A stretch of DNA of 64,000 bases, from assembly GCA_030248215.1 (NCBI GenBank), contig JASANG010000627.1:310001-374000 (forward strand), read 5' to 3'. A program made the translations under genes and the position numbers. This document shows positions 1 to 12,600 of the stretch, piece after piece (position 1 is the stretch's first letter; every line of letters begins with the position of its first letter). The DNA comes from Enoplolaimus lenunculus. Taxonomy: Eukaryota. A model generated the notes under the pieces. That model searched no databases. It was not told the origin of the DNA and was given only the letters and a program-made list of their open reading frames with translations.

Positions 1-1
1 T

Positions 2-343
2 AGATCTGCACGCAAAATAATTACGAAACTGGAATGTAAAATCAAACATTATTTGCGAAATTCAACAGATACGCGTATCACAATTTGCGAAGTGTTACCC
101 CGATACGATCAAATGTCGCTAAAAGCTGAATTATCAAAAGTCCAAAAAGCTGTGGGAGTTTTTAATGCAGAACTCAAGCTCGCTGTTAGGAAATTCAGAA
201 ATATGCCGGTTGACTTGCTGACAGCGTTTGATTCGATAAATAAACCCGAATTCTACTTAACTAAAACTAATGCTCTTGATTTGCACCCGAATGAAGACGG
301 ACTTCTGTGCTTATTTAACATGATCGCACTGGTTTATGATTGA
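2..343 (+). CDS. 3' part of an SGNH/GDSL-hydrolase-like ORF (host esterase or LINE ORF1 esterase domain), truncated by the window edge
   Basis: The frame is open from position 2 to TGA at 341-343. It contains 'ITICEVLPR', 'FNAELK' and 'DLHPNEDG', resembling the SGNH block V D-x-(x)-H-P-N-x-x-G motif. No reverse transcriptase ORF follows. Confidence 0.5.
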   Translation, partial: RSARKIITKLECKIKHYLRNSTDTRITICEVLPRYDQMSLKAELSKVQKAVGVFNAELKLAVRKFRNMPVDLLTAFDSINKPEFYLTKTNALDLHPNEDGLLCLFNMIALVYD

Positions 344-1002
344 GGTTCCTCGATGGGTGAAAGCAACATTGAGTTGCGGCAAAGCAACCCGCAAAACGGG
401 AACACAATCGTAGAACATTGCGTACGTGAAATGACTCTATTGGTAATACCACAAGCAGCGTTTTTTAATATAATTTCGAATTTTCTAAAAGGGTGAGGAA
501 TGTAGCGTATGTGTTCTGGCCTAGAATAAAAATAAAATTTTAAAAAATAAAATAGATTCGAAGAATCGAAAAAAAGGTTTTGAAGAAATAAAAAATATTT
601 TTTGATTAATAAATTGTGGTTTTTGACGAGGCAGTTGAATGATATTCGTTTTATTGTATTTACTTAATACTTCGAAAAGCGCAAATAAACGCAAAGACTA
701 AAGAAGTTAATTCGACATTTAAACGACTACCAAATCTGGTTTGACGATAAATTTCGAAATATAATTCAAATTGACGCGGTGTTTCACCAAATCCAATCAA
801 CTCCAGTTGTCACGGCATTTTACCGAATCACAACGAAACAACAAACAATTTCAACTGGGCTAAGACAAACTCGCAGTCACTGCAGATTGTTAAAAGATTA
901 CCCCCATTATTTTAAGTTATTTGTGCCTGGCAAGCAGAAACTGGTTTGATAAATTTCTATCCTACTCTTCCAACAATATTTCTAAACTAAATTGCGAGGC
1001 GT

Positions 1003-1268
1003 GCATATATATTCCACTGGCCTTTCAAAATTTTAAAGAAAAATGGCGGACACATCAAAATTTTTAAGATTTTCGATGAATTTTACAACATTTCATTTCG
1101 AACATAATTGCAGCATATGTGACCAAAAATGCAAGATATACGTGATTTATCGCTAAGTTTTGAACGTATAAAAATAACAGAATTTCCGTTATTTCTATAT
1201 TATCGACAACGGAAACTGACTCCGATTTTTGCATAGGAAACAAAAACGGATATTCGGTAATACACCTT
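1003..1268. mobile_element. Partial copy of the 19012-19387 MITE family
   Basis: Colinear similarity to ~19128-19387, for example 'gatatacgtgatttat', 'aaaaataacagaatttccgt' and 'gatattcggt'. Confidence 0.7.
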
Positions 1269-2327
1269 GGTGATAGTAGTAAATTTGTTACGAATCTTGA
1301 GCTGCAATTTCATAGTACCAGACAACTTTACAACCGTAGTGATAAATTGAAATTTTAAATTTTAAAATGATTTTTCGATTTCCTATCATTAAAAATTTTA
1401 CTTTTTCAATTTTCCGTCGGGATTTACACAGTATTATTTTCCACAAGGCGGGCGCACGATAAAATGTATGGTGCATAATGCACAACCAAATATCAACGTA
1501 AGCAAAAGTATCTGTATTTTAGCATAAGAATGCAGCCCAATACCCTAATTTTACAACCTAAGGGTACGTTCAAGACGCAAAACTTAGGTTGGGGGATGAG
1601 CTCAACCCGAAATATCTTTGAAATTCGATTATTTATTATATCCTTTTAAAAGAATATATAAACAGAGCAACTTTTTTTACATTACATAACAAGCAGCCTC
1701 TAAAAGCGTCAATAGAGACGGGGTAAAATAAATATAGAGCGACTTCCTTACAATATTCCATACCTTATACATGATATCTCTCGAGCTTTAAACGTCAAAA
1801 TAAACATAGCCAGAAATTCTGCGATTCGCAAAAACAATTTAGCAATTGCAGCCAATCAAGATTAAAACCAGACCGTACCTAAGTGACGCAACTGTAATGC
1901 TTTGTAACTCGAAACTGTCATCGTTTAATTTTCGGAAGGGAGCTACTGTATTAACCTATAAATTTTACGCCGAAATCGTCACATTTGGTTTTGTGAATAA
2001 CAATCAGATGCTGCAATAAAAGTTTGGTTTTTGCGGCACATACAATTTAAGCTTTGAATCTTTAGCAAACTGATTATGTCAGATAAACTGCTTGTGCGAC
2101 TTTTTGAAGCCTTAAACTAAGTGAAGCGAGTATCCAAAAAAATCCAACGGGTTCTTCGAGAAAAATTTAACCTCTTTGCCCCAGACAAGTTTTAGCCACA
2201 CTTGCAAGTTATGCAAAATCTTCTCTTGCTAAGTACTACAACATTTTTGGGGCCACTCTTGCATGTGGTGCTGCCAATCCTACAGGCTTAAACTTAGTAA
2301 ATAGAGACTTTCTTCAAGCAATTGACA

Positions 2328-2390
2328 CTCGTAGACATTGATTCCGCAGCCTCTGGCTCAAAAGTCCACTGCTCTATCCACTCGGCCATA
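2328..2390 (-). mobile_element. Degenerate tRNA-derived SINE head or tRNA pseudogene
   Basis: The minus strand reads atggccgagtggatagagcagtggacttttgagccagaggctgcggaatcaat: a good A-box (TGGCCGAGTGG) and a decayed B-box. Confidence 0.4.
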
Positions 2391-2443
2391 AAGTACACCA
2401 GTATGTCGTCAATATATGATTACCTTTGATACGAGTAAGACTA

Positions 2444-2933
2444 CGGACTTACAGAGAGAGAAGCTTAGGCTAAGACTTTGGCTTAGTAGGCAGGCGTCTA
2501 TAGTTACCAATGGCTGTTATAATTGCAAATTTACCTTAAATAGTATTATTAATGGTGCAGTTTTGTTTCCGAACGCTGTTGTTCGCGGCATTGGAGTTCG
2601 CATTTAGTTTGGGATAATATTGAAGGTGTAGTTCAAGGGTGTAGCCAGGGGGATTCAAAATTCAAACCCCACTCTTTGGGATCGTTGTCCATAGATTTTT
2701 AGACATTTTTCACTTGGTAACGCAACAGACTCCATCCCACTCCACATTATTATATTACGTAATCGTCCTTTTCTAATATCCTGGCTACGGCCAGATAGGG
2801 TGTAACCGGATTTCCGTTTCCTGTATAAATTAATGTCCGTTTCCGCTATAGAAATACCGGAAATTCTGTTATTGTTAACACGCCTGCATACTAAGCCAAA
2901 GTCTTAGCCTAAGCTTCTCTCACTGTAAGTCTG
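2444..2933. repeat. 54-bp inverted repeat pair (2444-2497 / 2880-2933)
   Basis: The two arms differ at only 3 positions and contain TTAGGC-like units. Confidence 0.9.
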
Positions 2934-3130
2934 TCTTCTTGTCCCTCTGTCTCCCAGTAGGCAGACCCAATAATTAGCATGGGTCGTTATAGCAGTGAAA
3001 ACCAAACCGTAAAATAGGGGCCAAAGTAGATATATACGATTTACGATTCTGAGTTTAGTTGAGACAGCCTGATTTCTTCCATCCTTAACTGCCAAAGCTT
3101 AATCTTATCAAAAGTGGATGGATACTTTTA

Positions 3131-3402
3131 AGAAGAGAATGCAACTGGGCACATTCTGTGCAGAAAAAATGTACCCGGCACACGTTGCGTTTTTGCTGTA
3201 CTCCCCTCTACTTAGAGGGAGGGTGCAACCAGTGCTAACCTTGGCACTTTATGTATGCGGCCCCAAATATGGTCCCCTTAGTTTAATTTAGGGATATCCA
3301 TGTGATAGCGAAACCCCTCCTCTAAACAAGGGGGGTGCGAATATCGCAATGCCCGGTGGTACATTTTCTACCATGCAGGACTCGAAGAGTTGCACACTCT
3401 TG
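3131..3402. mobile_element. MITE family with AAGAGTGTGCAACT termini
   Basis: Ends are aagagaatgcaact / agttgcacactcttgt. A reverse copy lies at 38331-38619, with other copies at 16313-16504, 16550-16817 and 11432-11480 (partial). Confidence 0.75.
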
Positions 3403-3635
3403 TCATAACCCACTCTTGATTTTATTAAGCAACGACATACATTACTTGACATTAGAATTGATGCAACGCTTCTTTGCAATTAACAAAAATTTGCTTTATT
3501 TCTATACGATGCCAAAAAATTAAGCTTTAAAGAGATTGTAGGTACAATTATATAAAGCCTGTATAAAATTGCCTATTTCATATACACCCGTCTATAAAAA
3601 ATAAATATTGTAACTTTCATAGCTATGCTAAAACT

Positions 3636-6600
3636 TCACAGTGACATTTGTGTATCTTTATTAATATTTTTCTGATACTCTTCAATCACTTTCGGCAGCC
3701 ACACAGGCAAATCAGCAACTTGCTTCAACGCCGCGTCCGCGACCGGAATGCCCCAAGCACAAAAGAACGGTCCCAAATTATGCGAAACAATTTTCGAAAA
3801 CCGAATCAGCCACTGATCACGTTTTTCTTCATCCGTAGCCGGACAATGCTTCACCGCTTCTGGGCCATGGAAACTATTGAAAAACGCCTTGAAAGCCTGC
3901 CATCCGAACCGGGCTTGCAACTGGCGGAACAAAATTAACGCCAGAAAAGGCCGACTGGTCCATTCGTTATACGGCGAGCCAGCTTCTAAATGTTTCTTGG
4001 TTTTGTTATCAATATCGGCCCACGTCATTTCATTTCGGCATTCTTCCAAGTTGACGTCACATAGCGTGTCAATGATGAACATTGTAAACAAATTGACGGT
4101 TACTTCGCCAGTTCCACTGAATGTCCACGCATCTGATTGGTGGTTGTGCCCTAACTCGTGAAAATGGCCCCATAATTTCGAACCATCTTTCACAGCACCT
4201 ACGTCAAGCATCGAAGGCACGGATTTGTCGTTTTGGATCATTATTGGATATCCGGCGTGCATATATCCTGAAATCAGTTGCAGTATAATATTGCATATGG
4301 TGTTCAACGGACGTACTATTAAGCTAAAATATCACCGCGCTGTGAGCCGAATTAGCAGCGTTTAATCGGATATCTGTTACGGATAAACATCGGTGTCCGT
4401 TTCCGTTATTTTAATAGCTATCCGTTTCAGTTATTTTCGCTATCCATTTACACGCTTTGGATTAAATCTATTTTTCACTCCAGCAGAAAATGATTCACAA
4501 ACACAAAGTACCGCGTGTTGTTCCAGCTTTATAAGGCACATGTTTACCATGCGTTATCCTAAGTCAATGATAAATTTCTATTGAGCTAGGGCTACCGCTC
4601 GTAAATTTTAAAATTGTAATATTTATATTACTACCCTTGAAATATATCACTTTTCTTGGACGCCATCGAATTTTATGTTGTGGGTCAGAACTTGATTTAC
4701 CATTTCGTAATGATAAATCTGGTATGGCTTGAGAAGTAGAAAACAATTTTAGTGGATACATTTACCTGCAGAAATCTGTACGTCAACGACAATACGCTCG
4801 GGCCGTTTTCTTTCACACGGGATTTGGGCCAAATCAGCCATCGCATCTAATACAGCATTCCAACGGTGTAGTAACGCTTCCGGGTTACTCAGTTTACGAA
4901 CATAGTTCTGAAATCTCAAAATCGAGTGGTATACTTTTAAGCCGCCTTAGCCTAGCATTTTCAAAGTCTAAGCCAATAAATCACGCTGACTCGTTTCCCA
5001 GTGGGCAGGGTCAGGGTGATGGATCTATAATTGCCATGGACTGTGCGATACGTCAGATATTTTCGTACTTGAAAGTTCAGCGACTTAGAATATCGTTCAA
5101 AACTTTTCTATTCAGCTTTAGCTCAAAACTAAAAGGCTAGTTACATTTCAGCTAACTTGTTCAAACCGTTGTCGCAGGGCAGTGGCTACGGTATCTTTTC
5201 CCACGCCTGCCAAGACGAAGGCCCCCTTGTAAGGTATCAACTAGCGGCGTAACAATTTATCAAAAAAACAGAAATATATACGCGGGGAGTGCAGTATATA
5301 ATAGCGAAAGAAACCTCGTGAGCGAAGCGAGTGACAATCAAAGCATAAATAACGCAATGCCAAACCTGAATTGCGCCCAAGGCACAAATTTTTTACAATC
5401 GCACGGCGGATCGCTATTGCTGGGGCCTCCCACGTGTCCGGTCCCTTTCTGGGGACGTAGGTGGGCGGTAGCTGCGGCCGTGGCTGTTGTACTTAAAGAA
5501 TGCAACTGGCCTAAAATTTGACAGCATTTTCAAACAAAGCGCGAAACTGTTGTTGATGGTTCTTTTTTTAAGTTGCTAAACGACGCACATTTTCTAAGAC
5601 TGAAAAGCTTTTACACAAAGCTCAGTCATTTCGGGAAACTATAATGTTAGGCAAAGGCTTTTGCAAGCGACCGCAGCGATCGAGAAATTCTAACTTCTAT
5701 GTGCCAGCGGGTTATTATAATCCTGCACCGTTCACAGCCTATATCTTAATTTATACGTGCAAATTTCTGCAGCGAGCCATTCGAGCTGCAATTTGCAAAT
5801 GCAAGAGTTTGTATCTCACACTTGCAGCTGCAACAAACATTTGCGCGAGCAAATTGTAGCTGCTATAGTGTAAGATGCAAAACCTTGCACTTGCAAACTG
5901 CAGCGAGCAACTTGTAGCGGCGAGGTCTCGCTTCAAAATCTTGCACGTGTAAATGGGGCTTATCGTGACGAAAAGAGCCTTGAGCTCTGACTGACTTACC
6001 GATGGAAAAGTCATTATCAACCTATCAGTTTCGAGTTCAGCCCAAGGCGCCGGCAGTTGATTCCAGCCGCTTTCCGGATCCGTCTTTCCAAGAACAAAAT
6101 GTGGCGCATCAATAGCATTTGTTATCTAAATTACATTAAATTCTTTACCCAAAATATTATGATTCCTTCAGTTGAGACTGAACTTTTCTGCTAGACTCAG
6201 TGGCTGTAACCTCTCTGCCTCTCGAGGCTCAAGTTCGGTGCAAATGGTTTGTAAGATAATCAAAATTTAAATTTTTATATTTTGCAACCGAAAGTCACTT
6301 AAATTTCACTAACCGTAATTTTAAAATTTTTTCTAGACTGCTCCTGGTGCTGCTGTTTTTTCTTGGATTTGCTGCCACGACCAGGCTTAGGCACATCGAT
6401 ATAAATAAGGCCTCCAAACGGACTAGCAACAACTGTCTCAGGGTACAGCATCGGGCGTGCGAAGCTTATTTTCGGCGCCCGCCACCATTCTCGTTTATCC
6501 CAAAGTGTATCAGTATGCGGTCCAATACGAACAGAATACCCAGATTTGATTGGATTTAACTCAGGGTCAAGGATCCCATCGTTAGGATGGTCGGGGACAT

Positions 6601-9600
6601 CAGTCCACACTCGAATGACAACTCGACGGCCAGGGCACGCGTAATGCCCTGTGCTTATCCAACCCCATCGTCCGTCGCATACATTCACTGTGAATGCGCG
6701 GCTTCCGTCAGTGTATTGGGCGTCAGATGGAATTTTGCCTGCAACAGAACGAATGACCAGTTTTCAAGAGTCAGTTTAATGTTTTACTAGTCAACGTGGT
6801 TGCAATATTTTCAACACCACCTTTTAAAAAGCAATGTATTACATCAATATCTCCTGTCGTTGAGGAATAGCTTATTCTATCATTTGTTTACATATATGTT
6901 CGCAAAAAATTTGCTGAAACTGTGGTTAAAATAGTGTGAGCGTTCCATATCGATTAACTGCATAAGTGTAAACAAAAAATATGGTTCGGAAAATAAAAAT
7001 TAAAAACTAAAAAGTAACAATTAAATAAACTTTTTTTCCGAACATTTGCCAGCAGCATTTAATACAACTAGGTAGGCATCATAAAACAACAGGGTTCCAA
7101 CGGAATTCCAATTCTGGCTGAAATTCCGATAAAATTTGAATTCCCATTCCGATTTCGAGCGGATGCTATTTCGATTCCGGAATTCCGATTTTTCGGTTAT
7201 GAGTTTTTAAGATGACTGAACTTGGAGTTTCATGATAGTTCGTTCGTTTGCACTTAGCCTCTTTGTTTTTCTTCAAATATTCTCAGTTGTTACGTGAAGA
7301 GCATCTAGCAGAACGAATTATACCGCTGATTATCAAAATGTGACTGCAATTAAAAACTTTAAGTTTTACCTTTAAACAAACAACAAAATCTAAACTTGAA
7401 ATTTTATTTCATAGAGGCAAGCAGTGATGTTAGCCTCTGAAATTTTCAAATACAGTTCGATATTTAGTTTAATACTATCCTTACTGCAGTGACAAAGGCA
7501 CTCTATAAAATTGGTTAATTTTTAAAAATGTGGGACATGTTATTTATGGTTTCATAACACTTCATATTTAAAGTTTTAAAATGCTAAAAACGTTTAACTA
7601 AATTTTAAATTAAGGCCATGTTGATGCAGTACCCAGATACTTGGCAGGCTGCTCTTAGAATTGGCAGCCCTCCATTAATATAAAAAGTTTTACAGCGATA
7701 GTACAATTAATACAGTCAGGTATACGAAAAAATCACTAAAACTGCGAACAATACATACATAGGCATACTGCAAAAAAGTAAAAAAAGTCATCCACTTTAC
7801 TCTGTAATAGAAATACTAAAACTTAAATTCTGATTCCGATTCCGGTTCTAACAAGAAGTTTGATTCCGATTCTGATTTGGCTTCCAAGAAAGTGTACTTC
7901 CAATTGGAACCCTGCTGAACAACAAATCACTGGCGCTGCAAAAACTAAAACAAACAAATAAAATAAAAAATTCTATAATTAACACAAAATTCAACCGCCT
8001 TATATTAAACATTAACGGTTTGATTAAGCTAAATTGAAATACTTACCTGGGAACGTTTCAGCAGCCATCATACACACACGACCATCGCTCACATTGTCTA
8101 ACTCTGCTTGAAGGATTTCTTTGGTCAAATTCACTCGCGCTACATGATCGTGCGCTCGGATTGGTTCATTTTCATCCGGTACTTTATTAGCTTCGGGCCC
8201 ATATTGAAGTGATTTTAACGCTGGAAGAACCTAAAAATACATACAAACATATTACACAAACAAATTTATTGAGCGAAGCGAAAGTCCGAGCGAAGCTCGG
8301 AGTTTCGCGAAGCGTTTTATGTTTTGTACTTGGGGGTCGAAAGGTGGATGTCCGTCCGTCCGTCCGTCCGTCCGTCCGTTTCCGTCCGAAAAAAAGAGTA
8401 CCTAAAATTTTTGCATTTGGTAACTCTGGTAAAATTGTTTACTTTATTATACATATCATTTTTTAAAAAAATAAAATGAAGTATTAAAATAAAAAGGATA
8501 TATTAAATATATATAATATATATATATATATTATATATTATATATACATATATATTACATATATTTAATATATATAATATATATGTATATATAATATATA
8601 ATATATACATGTAGATATATATGTATATATATAATACATATATATGTAGATATCATGGTAAAACAAAGCAAAAAGGGAAAATAGTAGAGAACATGAAACC
8701 AAAAAGACTTCAAGCCTGCGAATTAAGAACAGCATCCATTAACAACCATTAAGATTTAGATCTGAAAAAAGTGTAGGATCAAGGTTCCGAATTGAAACGA
8801 AACAAACAAGACTATGGCTGCCTTCTGATTGCACTCGTCAAAAATAGCACTTACTTGTTTTATTTTCAAACTTAAGTATTTACTTAACTCGGCAACTACT
8901 TGAGTAAGTACTTCTTAAGTATAAAACAAGTAAATACTTCAGAATCACAGCAGCTGATCCAAACACAGGGGAACACAAACGCATTGACGTAATAATAATA
9001 ACGGTGCACGAAACCTCGTGAGCGAAACAAGTAAGGCGCCAAATAAAATTTCAGCAATTTGTAAGGTACGGAGGGTCATTAAATTTCCTTTCTACGTTTC
9101 GGGTCGTCACAAATATTTCCTTTCAACGTTTCGGGTCGTATGCCAACGTTTCTGACCGCGAAAATGAAAGGGTTCGCCCATCGACTGCTGCGCCACTGTA
9201 CTTCAGTAAAATTAGTCCGATTTCAGAACACCAGCCAATAATAACAATTGCAAGCAACTGACGTGAAAATCATTTGAAGGCACACATTGAATCGTTTTAC
9301 ATAGCGCCGAGCATGCATTATTGCGCGCTTTGCCCGAATACCGGCTTGGATTGCGCAATATTTTCAACGCGCGTTGAACATGGACGTATTCGCAGCGTTT
9401 TGCACGAGCTTTAAATCCAAATTGGCCCGTTTTTTCTAAATAACCATCAGCCCAACAGATACCGAACGGTGCTAAGATCACATTTCCTGTCGAAAAAAGC
9501 AAATCAAAAATTACAACTATTTCTTAATTAGCATCCACAAACGAATAATATTAATCTCATTTTCTGTCAAAAACAAATCAAAAAATCACAATCATAAAAT

Positions 9601-12600
9601 TTTGAATTTTAACCCACAATGAAAATTTTTTAATCACAGAAAAGTCATCTGTGGTACACCAAGACCGTTCCCTATCGCCTGCTTCCGTCCACAATTGTCC
9701 CATACCTAACTATGTATATGCTCTTCACAAAATTAACTCCAACTAAAACTTCCAATTAAAACAACATAAAATTGTCGCCGTGTACTACTTTACCTGATGG
9801 CTGATAGTTCTCAAAACCGTCCCGTAGCCAGTGGGAGCAACAAGGGGCTCAGCGTCTTCGAGAAAAAATTTTGCTCCCCCAGAACAGTTTTAGACCCGCT
9901 GCAAATCATCGGAAACCCTTGTTGTATGCCCTGTCTAAAAAAAGCTGGCCACGACCATGCCTCAAAGTTCAATGATATTCACTTTACTACGCATTCGCTC
10001 TGTAAATCGTGAGCAAAAAATAGGTCAACATACCAGGATGTTCGGTTCTGATATCCAATTTCGGATTGAGTTGCCTCCAGCCCCACGCCAGTCCAGTAAT
10101 AATAGCACAACCGCCGTTCATAATAAAATTAGAAACAACTAAAAATAAATAAAGAATAACAAACAAAGGTTAATAAATAAATGTCACGTCCAACTTACGT
10201 GGAAATAGGAACCAGATATAAGGATATATATAATATTCCAATATGTAACCAAGAAACATATATTTAGCCGAGATGTTAGCTTATGTTTCTGTTAGCGTTA
10301 GCCTTATGATTATTGGTTTAGGCTTATCTTTACGCTTAAGTCTGATATAAACAGTAACGAGTGATTTTCTCATTTCGTTAGATTTACAATCGAGTGCGTG
10401 GAGAAAAGTAAATAAGTACACCTCTTAAACACTAAGGGTGGCGGTATACTCCTCATGCGGCACCGTCCGTCGTCACCGTGCGTTATCGAACGCAAATTAC
10501 ACACGTATAATACCGTATAGAGATGGACGGCACCGTACGGGTCAATAGACGGCGCCGGACGTCAACAAAAGCATAGCGCAACCCTAACCTTTAACTTCAG
10601 TTTCCAAATCGAGACTGTGTGAATTGCAACAAATCACTGAATAATCACTGCGTTTTATTTTTTCAATAGAATTTACAGGTTCGACGTCAACATTAAACGA
10701 TTTAAACAGTTTCAAAGCTTCTTTTGATAAGTCATACAGGGCAATTTTCAGCTTGCCACCAATTACTTCCTCGAACCACGACAGGGCGTTCTGTAACAAA
10801 TATATAGATATATAGATATACACACATATATATACATGTATTAATTAATTATTTTAAATTGAAATTATCAAATTTTCTGTTCTCAAGTGTAGTTCGCTTA
10901 AGCGTAAATATTTTGTCAGTACTCAAATCGCCAAATAACCAATTGTGAAGCAAAACGTGATAAAGTTATTGTGACTGACGCATACACCTAAAATAGTAAA
11001 TATTAATTGCAATACATGACACATGTTTCAAACGGTTCATTCACCTGTAATAATTGATCGTTATCGCCTTTTTTAGCCGTACCCAAATATCCGGAATGTC
11101 CAAACGCAAGTACACGCCCGTCGTCAAGCATTGCTGCCGCCACAACCGGTGCGAGAATTTCTTTTGAAAGCCGGCCAAGTATAACTGGAAACGAGGAATG
11201 TCCAAAAACACACAATGGACCAGGGATGCCGGGACGATGTATTTCCTAAAACAACTCAATGCAAACGTAATAATTTAAAAATATTCAGTTTTAGATTAAC
11301 TTCAGTACAGTTCTGTACAATAGTTGCGAGTTTTATAAAAAAAGAACTTTCGAACACCAATGAAAGCAGCACCAAAACCCACTGTGGCATAATATTTGGA
11401 CCTATATTTTACCAAGAATGGATAGTTTTAAACAAGAGTGTGCAACTGGATACATTTTGTGTGCAAAAAATGAACTCAGCGGACAGCGCACATAGCGTTT
11501 CTGGCCTTCACCCCCCATCCACTTATTTTTAACGTGGTACAGTTTGACAATTCCCTCAATTTTAGATACTGAAATATTTCAATATTGTGAAGTTGCTCCC
11601 CTCCCTTATACTTTTTAAAAAAATACATATTGTAAGTTTCTAGCGTTAGCCACACCCCCCTTCGCCTGAATAACGAATATCAGCCGAAAATCCAACACCC
11701 GATGGTAGATTTAGTAGCCAGAAATATTTCTTCAGTTCCACCTTCTTACTGAGAGTCATTATCGACTCTTGGGTTTACGCTTATACTCATATACTTAAGC
11801 TTGTAATGAAAGATAGTGCACAAAAGCCAAAAAAATTAAAATTTATTTACAATTGTCAAAATTTAAATGAACAATGCGCAAGAAAGTTAAACATATGCTG
11901 TGATAGAGAACGCTAGGGTGCCCTACCAAAATTCCGGGATGAAGGCCACTTGCAATAATCAAAATATTTTTTCAATTTTTTTGTTTAAAATCTTATTAGG
12001 GTGGGTGCCCCCATCTTTGGGGCGGGCCCAGTCCTAATGGGGGTATGTGGGTGGTTGCTCCGACACTGAACCTATGTACTTTAACATCCTTGAGCAAAAC
12101 GTCGATATGTCGTTGATTTGGCTCAATAAGCTCTTCAACATTATCAGCAGATATGAACGCCTCGCGAACGATATGATTAGTTTTATGTTGACATTCGTAG
12201 AAATTACCATCGGGTACGACATCACATTTGAACCCGAAATCGCCAGTTTTCTACATTTAATAAATATATCTCTATTAATAAAGCTGCAACGCTAACGATA
12301 CGTAATATGAGCACTGACTGATCCAAATAACTTTTTTGTACTTTTCTGAATGAGATTATGAGTAACAACTTTTTTGCAGTTTTCTGTACGGGACTTGAGA
12401 CTTGAATAGAGTAAGCTTAAGCTTTAGACTTTTTTGCATAGGCTTTTTTTACATTGGCACTAAATCTAAACAAACCAAGTGTTTATCATCGTTCAGTTCG
12501 TCTAACGATGTCAGTAACGTTTGTGAATTTTTCATAACCCAAACTTAAATGAGAGCTTTGAGTAAAATATCACCCATATCAACTAACCTTAACAGTTCCA

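Noticed and set aside
2328..2390. Functional tRNA gene
   Set aside because: The B-box/T-arm is degenerate and no acceptor stem is evident, so it is kept only as a possible SINE head or pseudogene.
9794..9820. Possible extra M60 exon (…ENYQPSG|gtaaag)
   Set aside because: Exon 10138-10034 already supplies the homologous 'EHPG' segment in the correct phase, and there is no convincing acceptor.
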